From Macrostomum lignano (lineage: Eukaryota): a DNA stretch of 64,000 nucleotides. Position 1 is the stretch's first letter; each line of letters starts with the position of its first letter. A program made the position numbers and the translations under genes. Shown here piece by piece: positions 40,959 through 60,609 of this stretch. The stretch lies in assembly GCA_002269645.1 (NCBI GenBank), contig NIVC01000152.1, positions 682,001 to 746,000 on the forward strand. Reading direction: 5' to 3'. The notes below the pieces were generated by a model. That model was not told where the DNA came from. It saw nothing but the letters and a program-made list of their open reading frames with translations, and searched no databases.

Positions 40959-43900
40959 ATGAGGACTTTGAACGCTGCCCTACACATTCTGTGCACTGTC
41001 TACTGTCTTTCAGATGGTGAGCCCGTGTTGCTATGCTGCCTTTTACTGCTTTGCTAAATCCAGTTCTATAGTGACTGTCACAATCTCTATATTGACTGTC
41101 ACAATCTCTATAGTGACTGTCACAATCTTTACATAGCGACTGTCACAATCTTTACATAGCGACTGTCACAATCTCTATAGTGACTGTTACAATCTCTATA
41201 ATGACTGTCACAATCTTTACATAGCGACTGTCACAATCTTTACATAGCCACTGTCACAATCTCTATAGTGACTGTTACAATCTCTATAATGACTGTCACA
41301 ATCTTTACATAGCGACTGTCACAATCTTTACATAGCCACTGTCACAATCTCTATAGTGACTGTCACAAATTCTATAGTGACTGTTACAATCTCTATAGTG
41401 ACTGTCACAATCTCTATATTGACTGTCACAATCTTTATATAGCTACTGTCACAATCTCTATAGTGACTGTCACAAATTCTATAGTGACTGTTACAACCTC
41501 TATGCATTCTATATTGTGATATTTTAGTGAATACCATAGACACCAGTATTTACTAGATTAATATTTAGTATTGGTTTATTTATTTATATTTATTATTTAC
41601 GATGATTATTTTAGCTCCTATAATAAAAGGTTTGTTTTCTCTTATTTTGCTACTGCAAAATGGCAGCCGAATTGAAACACTCTGCTCCATTCGACTGCAA
41701 CGCCAAATGCCGCGCAATATCTGCGTTGTGAAAAAAGATTTTCCAATGATTGTAGCATGCCGAAGCCAAGAAGTTGTGCTATCCAGCTATCTGCAGAATT
41801 CCTAAATTCATCGTCCTGAATTTGCCCCATGGAATCGAATATTCGAATTCATGCAGCCACCAGCACTCCTAAAGTGGATCCCGTTCCCCGTGTGCCGTAT
41901 GTTTACCGTAGGCGGACAGGCTTCCATATGAAGTGGAACTGCCGTCTGCACCAAGAAAGGCAGTCAGAAAAGCAATAGAGCCTACGGTATATAATTTCCA
42001 CCGCAACAGGGAACTGCGCACCTGAAAAAAGTAATCCTTGGCATCATTTTTCCTGCTAAATATCCAAACTTTCTGAGTAAGGATAAAACTGCTTGCTTAA
42101 GGCGCGAATCTTAGCATCAACAAGTAGGCGAACTATTAGATTTAGGCTTTGTAATGTTTTTTATTCTCTTGCTTAAGAATCCCGAGAACCGAATGCTGAT
42201 CCCAAATTCGAATTTTGAATCCCGACTTCGAAATCCCGATCCCGAAATCCCGATCCAAAAATTCAAATCCCGATCCCGAAATTCCGATAATAAAATTCAA
42301 ATCCTGATCCCGAAATTCTAATCCCAAAATCCAGATCCCGAAATTCAAATACCAAAATCCCGATCCCGAAATCCCGATCCCAAAATCCCGATTCCGAAAT
42401 CCCGATCCCGAAATCCCGATCCCGAAATCCCGATCCCAAAATCCCGATCCCGAAATCCCGATCCCAAAATCCCGATCCCAAAATCCCGATCCCAAAATCC
42501 CGATCCCAAAATCCCAATCCCAAAATCCCAATCTCCACTCTGATTACAGGCAAAATACCACCCACCCTACCGGTGTGCCCTGAGGCCGACGTCAAAAAAG
42601 CGGCGCTGTGCAGGCGGCGGGTGAGCGACCGGCTGCGACTGATGACGGCCGGCTCGATTCCGCTGTTCGCGGGCAGCCTGCACCCCATCGAGATGCAGAC
42701 TGCCTGCAGGTCAGGCGCCTACTGACTGCTTGATTTTTGTTTGGTACAACACCCCCAAAACACAACACTCACCCAAAAACACAACAACCACCCCAATACA
42801 CAACAACGACATCAATACACAACACCCACCCCCAATAAACAACAACCACCCCAAACACAATACCCAACCCAGACACAATACCCACCCCCAAAACACAATA
42901 CCCATCCCAAAACACGATGCCTACCCCAAAACAAAATACCCACCCCAAACACAAAAGCCTCCCCAATAAACAGCAAACACCCCAAAACACAACACCCACC
43001 CCAAACACAACAGCCTCCCCAATAAACAGCAAACACCCCAAAACACAACACCCACTCCAAACACAACAGCCTCCCCAAAACACAACAGCAACCACCCCAA
43101 ACACAACAGCCTCCCCAAAAAACAGCAACCACCCCAAAACACAACACCCACCCCAAACACAACACCCACCCCAAAACACAGCAACCACCCCAAACACAAC
43201 AGCCTCCCCAATAAACAGCAACCACCCCAAAACACAACACCCACCCCCAATACACAACAACCACGTCAAAATGACGAAAGCTGCCCTAAAAGCAGCTATT
43301 TTCCGAATTTTAAAGGCTCACCCAGCAGTTTGAGAATTGCGACGCGATGGCAGGCGGCCTGTGCCGCAGAGCTTCAATCGACGGCGATTTTGAAGCCTCT
43401 GAAAAGCTTGTCGGTCCCTTTTTTACTGTTTTGCGTCGACTCTGTCTGGACGAGAGCTTGTGGGGTGAGCGACAGCTGCTTCTGTGCGTTTAACTACAAT
43501 TCAACAATTGACTCAAGATTCGGGATCGGGATCGGGATCGGGATCGGGATTCGGGATCGGGATGGGGATTTGGGATTTGGGATTCGGGATCGGGATTCGG
43601 GATTCGGGATTGGAATTGGGATTCGAGATCGAGATGGGGATTTGGGATCGGGATGGGGATTCGGTATTCGGGATCGGGATCGGGATTTGGGATTTGGGAT
43701 TCGGGATCGGGATCGGGATCGGGATCGGGATTCGGGATTTGGGATCGGGATTTGGAATTCGAGATCGGGATCGGGATTCAGGAGTCGGAATTCGGGATTT
43801 GGGATTTGGATTCGGGATCGGGATTTGGGATTCGATATTTTTGGGATGGGATTTGGAATTCGAGATCGGGATCGGGATTCAGAGTCGGGATTCAGAGTCG

Positions 43901-45029
43901 GGATCGGGATTCGGGATTGGGATTCGGGATTCGGGATCGGGATTCGGGATCAGGATTCAAAAATGAGGTTTACCGGGTTACTGGGCGGTAGCAACAAGCG
44001 CCCTAGCAAGCTCGCACAAATGCTAGACGCTTAACAAAGTCTCTGAAGAAGCAGCTGACTCACTCACCAAATGAGACTGCACAGCTAAGCGTGGCTTCGT
44101 CATCACTATTCCTCCAACCCCCCTCCCCGCAGACTACCCGGTGGTGTTCCTGTGCTACCGATCAGCGGGGCCCCAGCTAGTCCAATCCTGCTACAGCAGC
44201 AGGGCGCCAGTCTGGTCTGGCCACCTGTGCAGGTAAGCCGAGCCCGAGTGAGTGCTCTGGAATTTCTGGAAGCTCCGGAAGCGCAGCCGGAAATCTTACT
44301 GGGTCCTCAAAACTACACGAACCAAGCAAAAATATTTCAACTATGCAAGCCCAATTATATTTTTGCATCCGCGTCTGGGAGTCAATTTTCAGAGGCTTTC
44401 CCGCAATTAGCTTTAGTCAGGAGTGACAGGTGTGAGTCACTAGCTAAAGTAGCCACAGAGCCCTGATAGTCGACAAATGATTCGGAATGAAAATCTTTAA
44501 AATTGGGCCTTCAAAGCACAAAGGTCACGGTTGTTGTCCGGGGTGGTCAGCTCGTCCATCCGTTGTTTATGTCGCGCCTTATTAAGGACAGAAGGTGACG
44601 TGATGCTCCGAGGTCTCCTCTCCCATGCCACAGAAGGACGGGTGGAAAAGCAACAGGTTTGCAACGAGTTAAGTCTGAGGAAGGCCGGTTAGGACCATGC
44701 ACATCTCCCTGAGAACGAGTCTGCCACTAGTAGACTCTTGACTAGTTAGTAGTAGACCCCAACCCTAACCCAACCCTAACCCAACCCTAACCCAACCCTA
44801 CCCTAACCCTAACCCAACCCTACCCTAACCCTAACCCAACCCTACCCTAACCCTAACCCTTCGCAGTCCCTATCACCGCCTTCTCGACTGCGTCGAAGCC
44901 TCCGCCAACCGACTGTGCGGCTCCGCGGCCGCCCGCCTGGCCGGGCCGCTGACGCAGCTGTCCGAACCGGCGCTGTCCGAGCGATGCGGCCCACTACCTC
45001 GGACACGACAAGCAAGTCAAGCTCCATAG
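40959..45029 (+). CDS. Secreted cysteine-rich protein, 5 exons, 209 aa, two tandem 6-Cys domains
   Basis: Exons 40959-41016 (signal MRTLNAALHILCTVYCLSDG), 42550-42709, 43316-43464, 44133-44232, 44867-45029. All GT-AG, phases 1,2,1,2, giving one open 630-nt frame. Twelve mature Cys with repeated spacing C-x10/11-C...C-x8-C-x7/8-C...C. Resemblance to DUF19/CPG4-like helical disulfide domains is tentative. Confidence 0.8.
41068..41500. repeat. 21-bp minisatellite in intron 1 of the Cys-rich gene
   Basis: Unit tagtgactgtcacaatctcta. Confidence 0.95.
42225..42532 (+). repeat. (ATCCCG/AAATCCCG)n microsatellite immediately 5' of exon 2
   Basis: Directly visible; reverse-complementary in motif to 43517-43955. 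Confidence 0.93.
42742..43262. repeat. Degenerate A/C-rich minisatellite filling intron 2 of the Cys-rich gene
   Basis: Recurring aacacaacacccaccccaa and cagcctccccaataaacagc units. Confidence 0.9.
43517..43955 (-). repeat. (GGGATC/GGGATTC)n microsatellite just 3' of exon 3
   Basis: Directly visible. Confidence 0.93.
44757..44860. repeat. Interstitial telomere-like (CCCTAA/CCCAA/CCCTA)n tract
   Basis: Ends 6 nt before the exon-5 acceptor of the Cys-rich gene. Confidence 0.9.
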
Positions 45030-45427
45030 TTAGTAAATTATAAAACCAGTTCTATGCTGTCAAAAGTAGTAAACACCGCGTACTCATTTCTGATCCCTGC
45101 TCAGAAGACTGCCATGGCTAGGAACTCAGATTCTGCTGGGACCGCAACAGGTGGAGCTGTATCGAGCGCTGCTGCTGTGCTGAGCTGCTGGACGGTGACC
45201 TGCCTGATTGCCAAGCATATAGTAGTCTGGCTGCTCATATCTCATGAATATTATACATAAATTTAATGCTTACTGTTTCCATACTTTATGTCACGCTTAA
45301 CCCAGAATGCTTGTTAGCAACGTATCAAGTAGTATGATGCGTAAATTCTTGCACCGAAGTATGCTAGTTCTTTTTCTTAATGTGCCAAGCTTAATATATT
45401 TAATCAGTCTTTATCAACCTTGATGTA

Positions 45428-46315
45428 GTGTCTAAATCGCCCCAATATCTGTGTCTAAATCGCCCCAATATCTGTGTCTAAATCGCCCCAATATCTGTGT
45501 CTAAATCGCCCCAATATCTGTGTCTAAATCTCCTTAATATCTGTGTCTAAATCACCTCAATATCTGTGTCTAAATCGCCCCAATATCTGTCTAAATCGCC
45601 CTCAGTGGTGTGACTAAATCGCCCTCAGTGGTGTGACTAAATCGCCCTCAGTGGTGTGACTAAATCGCCCTCAGTGGTGTGACTAAATCGCCCTCAGTGG
45701 TGTGACTAAATCGCCCTCAGTGGTGTGACTAAATCGCCCTCAGTGGTGTCTAAATCGCCCTCAGTGGTGTGACTAAATCGCCCTCAGTGGTGTCTAAATC
45801 GCCCTCAGTGGTGTCCAAATCGCCCTCAGTGGTGTCTAAATCGCCCTCAGTGGTGTGTCTAAATCGCCCTCAGTGGTGTGACTAAATCGCCCTCAGTGGT
45901 GTCTAAATCGCCCTCAGTGGTGTCTAAATCGCCCTCAGTGGTGTCTAAATCGCCCTCAGTGGTGTGTCTAAATCGCCCTCAGTGGTGTGACTAAATCGCC
46001 CTCAGTGGTGTCTAAATCGCCCTCAGTGGTGTCTAAATCGCCCTCAGTGGTGTGTCTAAATCGCCCCAATATCTGTGTCTAAATCGCCCCAATATCTGCG
46101 TCTAAATCGCCCCAATATCTGTGTCTAAATCGCCTCAATATCTGTCTAAATCACCCTCAGTGGTGTGACTAAATCGCCCTCAGTGGTGTATCTAAATCAC
46201 CCTCAGTGGTGTGACTAAATCGCCCTCAGTGGTGTGTCTAAATCGCCCTCAGTGGTGTGTCTAAATCGCCCTCAGTGGTGTGTCTAAATCGCGCTCAGTG
46301 ATGTGTTTAAGTGGT
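45428..46315. repeat. Compound 21-23-bp minisatellite (two unit types sharing TAAATCGCCC)
   Basis: gtgtctaaatcgccccaatatct alternates in blocks with gtgactaaatcgccctcagtggt. Confidence 0.95.
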
Positions 46316-46600
46316 GTGTCTTGCCCCCAGCATTGCCCGTATTTTTGTTTTAAATAAGCCAGCTTGTAAATAGCAAATAAATAAAGCCTTATATAGATCA
46401 ACATTTATGACGAAAACCAACGCGTTTCAACCCACTAGGGCCATCGTCAGGGTATATTTTATCATTGAACGAAACACTCAATATAAATAAGAAACGATTG
46501 TATTGATACTATCTCAAGTGTCAAGTTGAAAACGGGAGGATACGAACAAACGTACGAAAAACATAGCAAAAAAACTGGGGGTGGAGTTAAGCGAGAATAA

Positions 46601-46613
46601 TGAGAGAGAGAGA

Positions 46614-46661
<48 letters not shown>

Positions 46662-46669
46662 GAGAGAGA
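46601..46669. repeat. (GA)n microsatellite
   Basis: Directly visible. Confidence 0.97.
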
Positions 46670-46919
46670 GCAAACAGACGGAAAATAAAAACACAATGTA
46701 CGCGCAAAAAAACTATTCAAACTCAAAACACCCTAAGAAGGTGGCCAGCACCACTATGTAGCAGCTGCACATTGAGACTGGGATTTTGGGCTTTGATGTG
46801 CAGCGCTTCAAGAATGCTGAGCTTGAATTCAGAGTTAGCACGGTCGATAATTTTAATTTCTCTCTCTATTATTTATTAAACGAGCATCTCTACCAGATTT
46901 CAGGGTAAAAAGTCGGAAT

Positions 46920-47432
46920 TTTCGCCTATATAAGATCGCGTCTAAATCACCTACATAAGATCGTATCTAAATCGCCTATAAGGTCGTGTCTAAATCGCCT
47001 ATATAAGATTGTGTCTAAATCACCTATATAAGATCGTGTCTAAATCGCCTATATAAGATTGTGTCTAAATCACCTATATAAGATCGTGTCTAAATCGCCT
47101 ATATAAGATCGTGTCTAAATCGCCTATATAAGATCGTGTCTAAATCGCCTATATAAGATCGTGTCTAAATCGCCTATATAAGATCGTGTCTAAATCGCCT
47201 ATATAAGATTGTGTCTAAATCACCTATATAAGATCGTGTCTAAATCGCCTATATAAGATCGTGTCTAAATCGCCTATATAAGATCGTGTCTAAATCGCCT
47301 ATATAAGATCGTGTCTAAATCGCCTATATAAGATCGTGTCTAAATCGCCTATATAAGATCGTGTCTAAATCACCTATATAAGATCGTGTCTAAATCGCCT
47401 ATATAAGATCGTGTCTAAATCGCCTATATAAG
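46920..47432. repeat. 25-bp minisatellite (GTGTCTAAATCGCCTATATAAGATC)n
   Basis: Period 25, about 20 copies. Confidence 0.97.
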
Positions 47433-47762
47433 ACAATTTATCCCAAAGGCGGGCGGGCGCGATCTCAGCTTCCTTCTCTCTCCCCGGTCCCCTTTCTCCT
47501 CTCCCCTCTCAACTAGCTATCTGTTGCTAGGGGGGTTGCAAAGAGAAAGCAACAACAAACAAGAAAACACAGGCAAAACATTCCAGTAGCAACCAAAACT
47601 CTGCGATGCGGGTGGGGAATCTGTTTCCCAGGGCGAGTCGCTGAGATGCTGTTAATGCATTTTCTAATTAAATAAATTTTTTATCCACCCATACTCGATT
47701 TTCCACAGAAAATTTTTACACAAATTATTGCTACATAAAATTTAAAAAGCTTTTGTCACAAT

Positions 47763-48805
47763 CAGTGCCACGATGCGTGTCACAGTACCGACAGCATGCC
47801 AAGCTGCGTAGCTAGTGAGTGTCACACTCAGTGCCACGATGCGTGTCACAGTACCGACAGCATGCCAAGCTGCGTAGCTAGTGAGTGTCACACTCAGTGC
47901 CACGATGCGTGTCACAGTACCGACAGCATGCCAAGCTGCGTAGCTAGTGAGTGTCACACTCAGTGCCACGATGCGTGTCACAGTACCGACAGCATGCCAA
48001 GCTGCGTAGCTAGTGAGTGTCACACTCAGTGCCACGATGCGTGTCACAGTACCGACAGCATGCCAAGCTGCGTAGCTAGTGAGTGTCACACTCAGTGCCA
48101 CGATGTGTGTCACAGTACCGACAGCATGCCAAGCTGCGTAGCTAGTGAGTGTCACACTCAGTGCCACGATGCGTGTCACAGTACCGACAGCATGCCAAGC
48201 TGTGTAGCTAGTGAGTGTCACACTCAGTGCCACGATGTGTGTCACAGTACCGACAGCATGCCAAGCTGCGTAGCTAGTGAGTGTCACACTCAGTGCCACG
48301 ATGCGTGTCACAGTACCGACAGCATGCCAAGCTGCGTAGCTAGTGAGTGTCACACTCAGTGCCACGATGCGTGTCACAGTACCGACAGCATGCCAAGCTG
48401 TGTAGCTAGTGAGTGTCACACTCAGTGCCACGATGTGTGTCACAGTACCGACAGCATGCCAAGCTGTGTAGCTAGTGAGTGTCACACTCAGTGCCACGAT
48501 GTGTGTCACAGTACCGACAGCATGCCAAGCTGCGTAGCTAGTGAGTGTCACACTCAGTGCCACGATGTGTGTCACAGTACCGACAGCATGCCAAGCTGTG
48601 TAGCTAGTGAGTGTCACACTCAGTGCCACGATGTGTGTCACAGTACCGACAGCATGCCAAGCTGTGTAGCTAGTGAGTGTCACACTCAGTGCCACGATGT
48701 GTGTCACAGTACCGACAGCATGCCAAGCTGTGTAGCTAGTGAGTGTCACACTCAGTGCCACGATGTGTGTCACAGTACCGACAGCATGCCAAGCTGTGTA
48801 GCTAG
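47763..48805. repeat. 66-bp minisatellite
   Basis: About 16 near-identical units; ORFs 47742-48773 and 47796-48839 are by-products. Confidence 0.97.
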
Positions 48806-49736
48806 TTATATGATAATAGTTATATTATTTATATTATAATTAGTTGACCTTGAATGCTAGTGCTGGCAGACAAACTGCTCATTGCTACGATAAAAAACAC
48901 TTCGACAAAAATTTTTTGGACACGGCGCAGGCACAACTGAGAGCTTAAAGGGTAAAGCATCTGAAATGGCGAATGCCTACAGAACAAAACCAACTCAATC
49001 TCTTGCCACTGCTCTGTCTTGACCCAAGCATGCCTAGCTAGGTACTCAAATCTATGCCTTCAGCTTATTCTCAATTAAATGAGGCAGAAGCACTGTGGGC
49101 GCACCTGGCAACCGAAGCAGCCGCCGCCCACCATTCCACAGTCCTCCCTCGACCTGTCAGTGCGCTATCTGGCCACCGGAAAAATAAGATGTCTAAAGAG
49201 CCCACGACAATGCGATATGATCTTGGGGTTTGAGTCAGAGAGGGGAGGGTGAGTTTGAGTCAAGACTGAATGCGAGCGAGCAAGCTAAAGAACTCGGTTA
49301 TTGCGTCTTACGATGCCTTCTCCTAGTTGGTTGACAGATTAAATACAAAACCTACCCCCACTGCTCAAGGCTTCGGCCCAGAAATAGAAGCATTAAGGGG
49401 TCTGAGCAGTGCGTTGTGTAGTTGCCTGGGCCAACCGATAACAATAAAAAGCAATGCATTTCTTGCTCGCTCTGCTTTGCAAATCTTTTTTTGAGCGACT
49501 CAACTGCGCCAGTGCCGACCCCGAGTTTGCTGCGCACACCCTCTGCTCACTGCAGAATTCCAAGCCCTCACCGGGTGCGCCCCACACAGTCCTGCAATAG
49601 GCGAAGGCGGCTCTCTCTCTCTTTCTCTCCATCGTCTCCGCCAACGCCACCCCAAGTTTTATTATCGGTTTCTCCCGCGCCTCAAAAGCGACACTCACGC
49701 CGCCCACAGGCGTTCACAGAGCCGCCCCAACGGGTC

Positions 49737-58265
<8,529 letters not shown>

Positions 58266-59526
58266 GTTGCTACGAGCGAGGATGTGAATCAAAGATTTTT
58301 GTGTTGCCTAGCTGACATTGCTTGTCACAATATACTACAGACTTCGTTTGCTGCCTCTCATTAGTAACTTGAGTAATCTCATTTGAACATTAGCTATCTA
58401 GCTAAGATCAAGAAAAAAACAAATTCTGACAAAATCTGTACGAGTGAGCCATAGTAGGGACACTGAGATTAACTTGATTCTTGATCAACTTCCTAAGTTG
58501 CACTTTAAACTTTTCATTGTTATACTGACAGACTTTGCTGGCTTCTGCGCCCAACTCGTATATATCAATGAGCTGCCTTTGCTGGAAGCTGTGTTTTACC
58601 TGACTCGATAATTTATTTTTGATATCTTGAATCTCCCAATCTGATTTGTTTTCATTTATTGTTCAGGTCGCTTATCGATTACAAATTAATCAAATTTTGC
58701 TCACCCATCGTTACTATGGTTGTCCGTGATTTTTGATGTCGTAGTGTGGCCCAAAGCAGAGAACTTCAGGTATGATAAAATCACTACTAACTTAACTACT
58801 GTCTCTTATAGTTGGAATTATTGACTGAATCTTAATTATAAATATTGATATAAATATTTCTTGACAGTTTTTTGACGATTATAATCTCAATTATGAAAAT
58901 TTAAGTCATCATTTGAAAAGGACTTGACACAAGGGAAGAAATTTCAGTCTTTTAAATTTTTATTTGATATGGTTGTAAGTTAATAATTGATTGATAGTGT
59001 GCTTGCTCAAAGGCTGAAAATCTTCTAGCAGATCATGGGGTGCCTGTGAGCAGGAGCGAGCGACAAGTTTCTCGCAGCTGGAGGTCGCAGAGAGTGACAG
59101 GTGCTAGCAGGTCTGCTGGCAGTTTCGGTAGAGCAGGAGTGACAGGTGCTAGCAGGTCTGCTGGCAGTTTCAGGAATCACTATTTTGCTAGGAAAAAATA
59201 AAGAGCCATAAACTCCAGAGTTGTTTTAGAGTATTTCTTGATGATGTATCAAATCATATCGATTTTTATACTTACTTATTAATTTATTTTTACTATTTCG
59301 TTTACCGAAGTTAATAAAACAAATTTCGTACCTTTCATGGTGTATTTAAACTCACACTTTAAAAGAGAGAGCGAAAAAAATTGGTTACATTTTTGCACAG
59401 ATTTCTTTATGGAAGATATATACAGACCCGACTTAGACTCAGACCTGCTTTAATTAGCTTATTTAGTTAATTTATTAGGTCTGTTCTACACTGCGGCTAG
59501 CACACCACTTCGATGTCACATATTTG

Positions 59527-60609
59527 TCACATATTCGTCTCGCTGACGCTAGAAGCCACTGTTGGCACATTTTTGCGGCTATGCAAGCCGCCATCGTTTC
59601 CGCCGCGGAAGCAACAGGGCAGTAGAAGACGCAGGAACTGCTGCTTGAACGCGGTGTTGTACAGCAGGTAGATTGGCAAATTAATAAACACTTGCCAACT
59701 ATAGAACAGGCTCAGGCCGTAGTTGATGCACAGGTAGAGGAAGTAGTCGTTGGTTCTCACGAAAGCCTGCTTCAGATTTACGGCCTCCAGGCAGGCGATG
59801 GGCAGAGAGAAGACGCTGTGCATGATGCTGGTTGCCAGGAGCATCTGAGTCAGCTGGCGCTCGGCGTCGTCAGTTGATGAAGTGGCCTGTCGGGACCGGC
59901 GCACAGAGCTAGGGACCTGGGAGAGTCGCCTGCGGCGCTTCCGCATATCCCAGATGCAGTAGCAGAGCACAATGTTTATCACGGCGTTGGCCACGACAGG
60001 GACGTGGATGGTGAGCGCCAGTTCAGCGCCTCGCAGAGCGAGAGACAGATCTGTCAATAGCAGGTAGCAGTAGGGCATGTACCATTTGCCCTGATAGTAC
60101 ACGTCTCGAAACTGCACTGTGTAAAAAAATCTGGGCAAGTTTACTGCCAGCACGGTGACGCAAAGTGCGCCAGTGCAGGCAACCGCAAATTGCGTTCGAC
60201 GCCCCTTGGCGTGCGTGCGCAGCGGCGACGCCACCACGCGGAGCCGGTCGGCGGCTAGCAGGACCATGAGCCAGTTGCCGAAGCCCCTGCCCACATTGTA
60301 GGCAGTAAAAAGGGCTCGGCAGAGCCACAGTTCCATGACTCCCTGTGGCAGCCGGCTGTAGTGGTAGATAGCTAGCCTGCACAGGCAGTAGACCAGATCG
60401 GCCAGAGTCAGCGCCAGCACGTACACGTGGCAAGAATGGCTGATGCGAGCTGCCAGGAGTGTAGCCAGGATTAACACGTTCGCAATGACGCCGATGCAGC
60501 AGATGATGGTCTGGTACCATGCGTGGTAGTTTTCCCACGCCTGCTGGATTTCATGGCAAGGACAGCCGATGCATTCACTGCTGTTGCTAACGCTTGTGCC
60601 GTTATTCAT
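59527..60609 (-). CDS. Intronless rhodopsin-class (class A) peptide-type GPCR, ~360 aa
   Basis: N-terminal sequons (NGT, NSS), seven hydrophobic segments, TM1 IGVIAN, TM2 LALTLADL, TM3 ADRL (DRY variant), TM4 NLPRFF, ERQLTQMLL before TM6, TM7 INLPIY, C-terminal LLPCC. These fit the invertebrate FMRFamide/myosuppressin-receptor-related (Srw-like) group. First ATG at 60609; the ORF track starts at a TTG at 60621. Confidence 0.88.
   Translation of the reverse strand: MNNGTSVSNSSECIGCPCHEIQQAWENYHAWYQTIICCIGVIANVLILATLLAARISHSCHVYVLALTLADLVYCLCRLAIYHYSRLPQGVMELWLCRALFTAYNVGRGFGNWLMVLLAADRLRVVASPLRTHAKGRRTQFAVACTGALCVTVLAVNLPRFFYTVQFRDVYYQGKWYMPYCYLLLTDLSLALRGAELALTIHVPVVANAVINIVLCYCIWDMRKRRRRLSQVPSSVRRSRQATSSTDDAERQLTQMLLATSIMHSVFSLPIACLEAVNLKQAFVRTNDYFLYLCINYGLSLFYSWQVFINLPIYLLYNTAFKQQFLRLLLPCCFRGGNDGGLHSRKNVPTVASSVSETNM

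Noticed and set aside
41830-41990. Extra exon of the Cys-rich gene
   Set aside because: The open frame ends in a stop with no convincing donor, and exon 1 already joins exon 2 in phase.
47742-48839. Cys/His-rich 22-aa repeat protein (metallothionein-like) or multi-TM repeat protein
   Set aside because: Both are translations of a 66-bp DNA minisatellite with almost identical units; no splice or flanking coding support.
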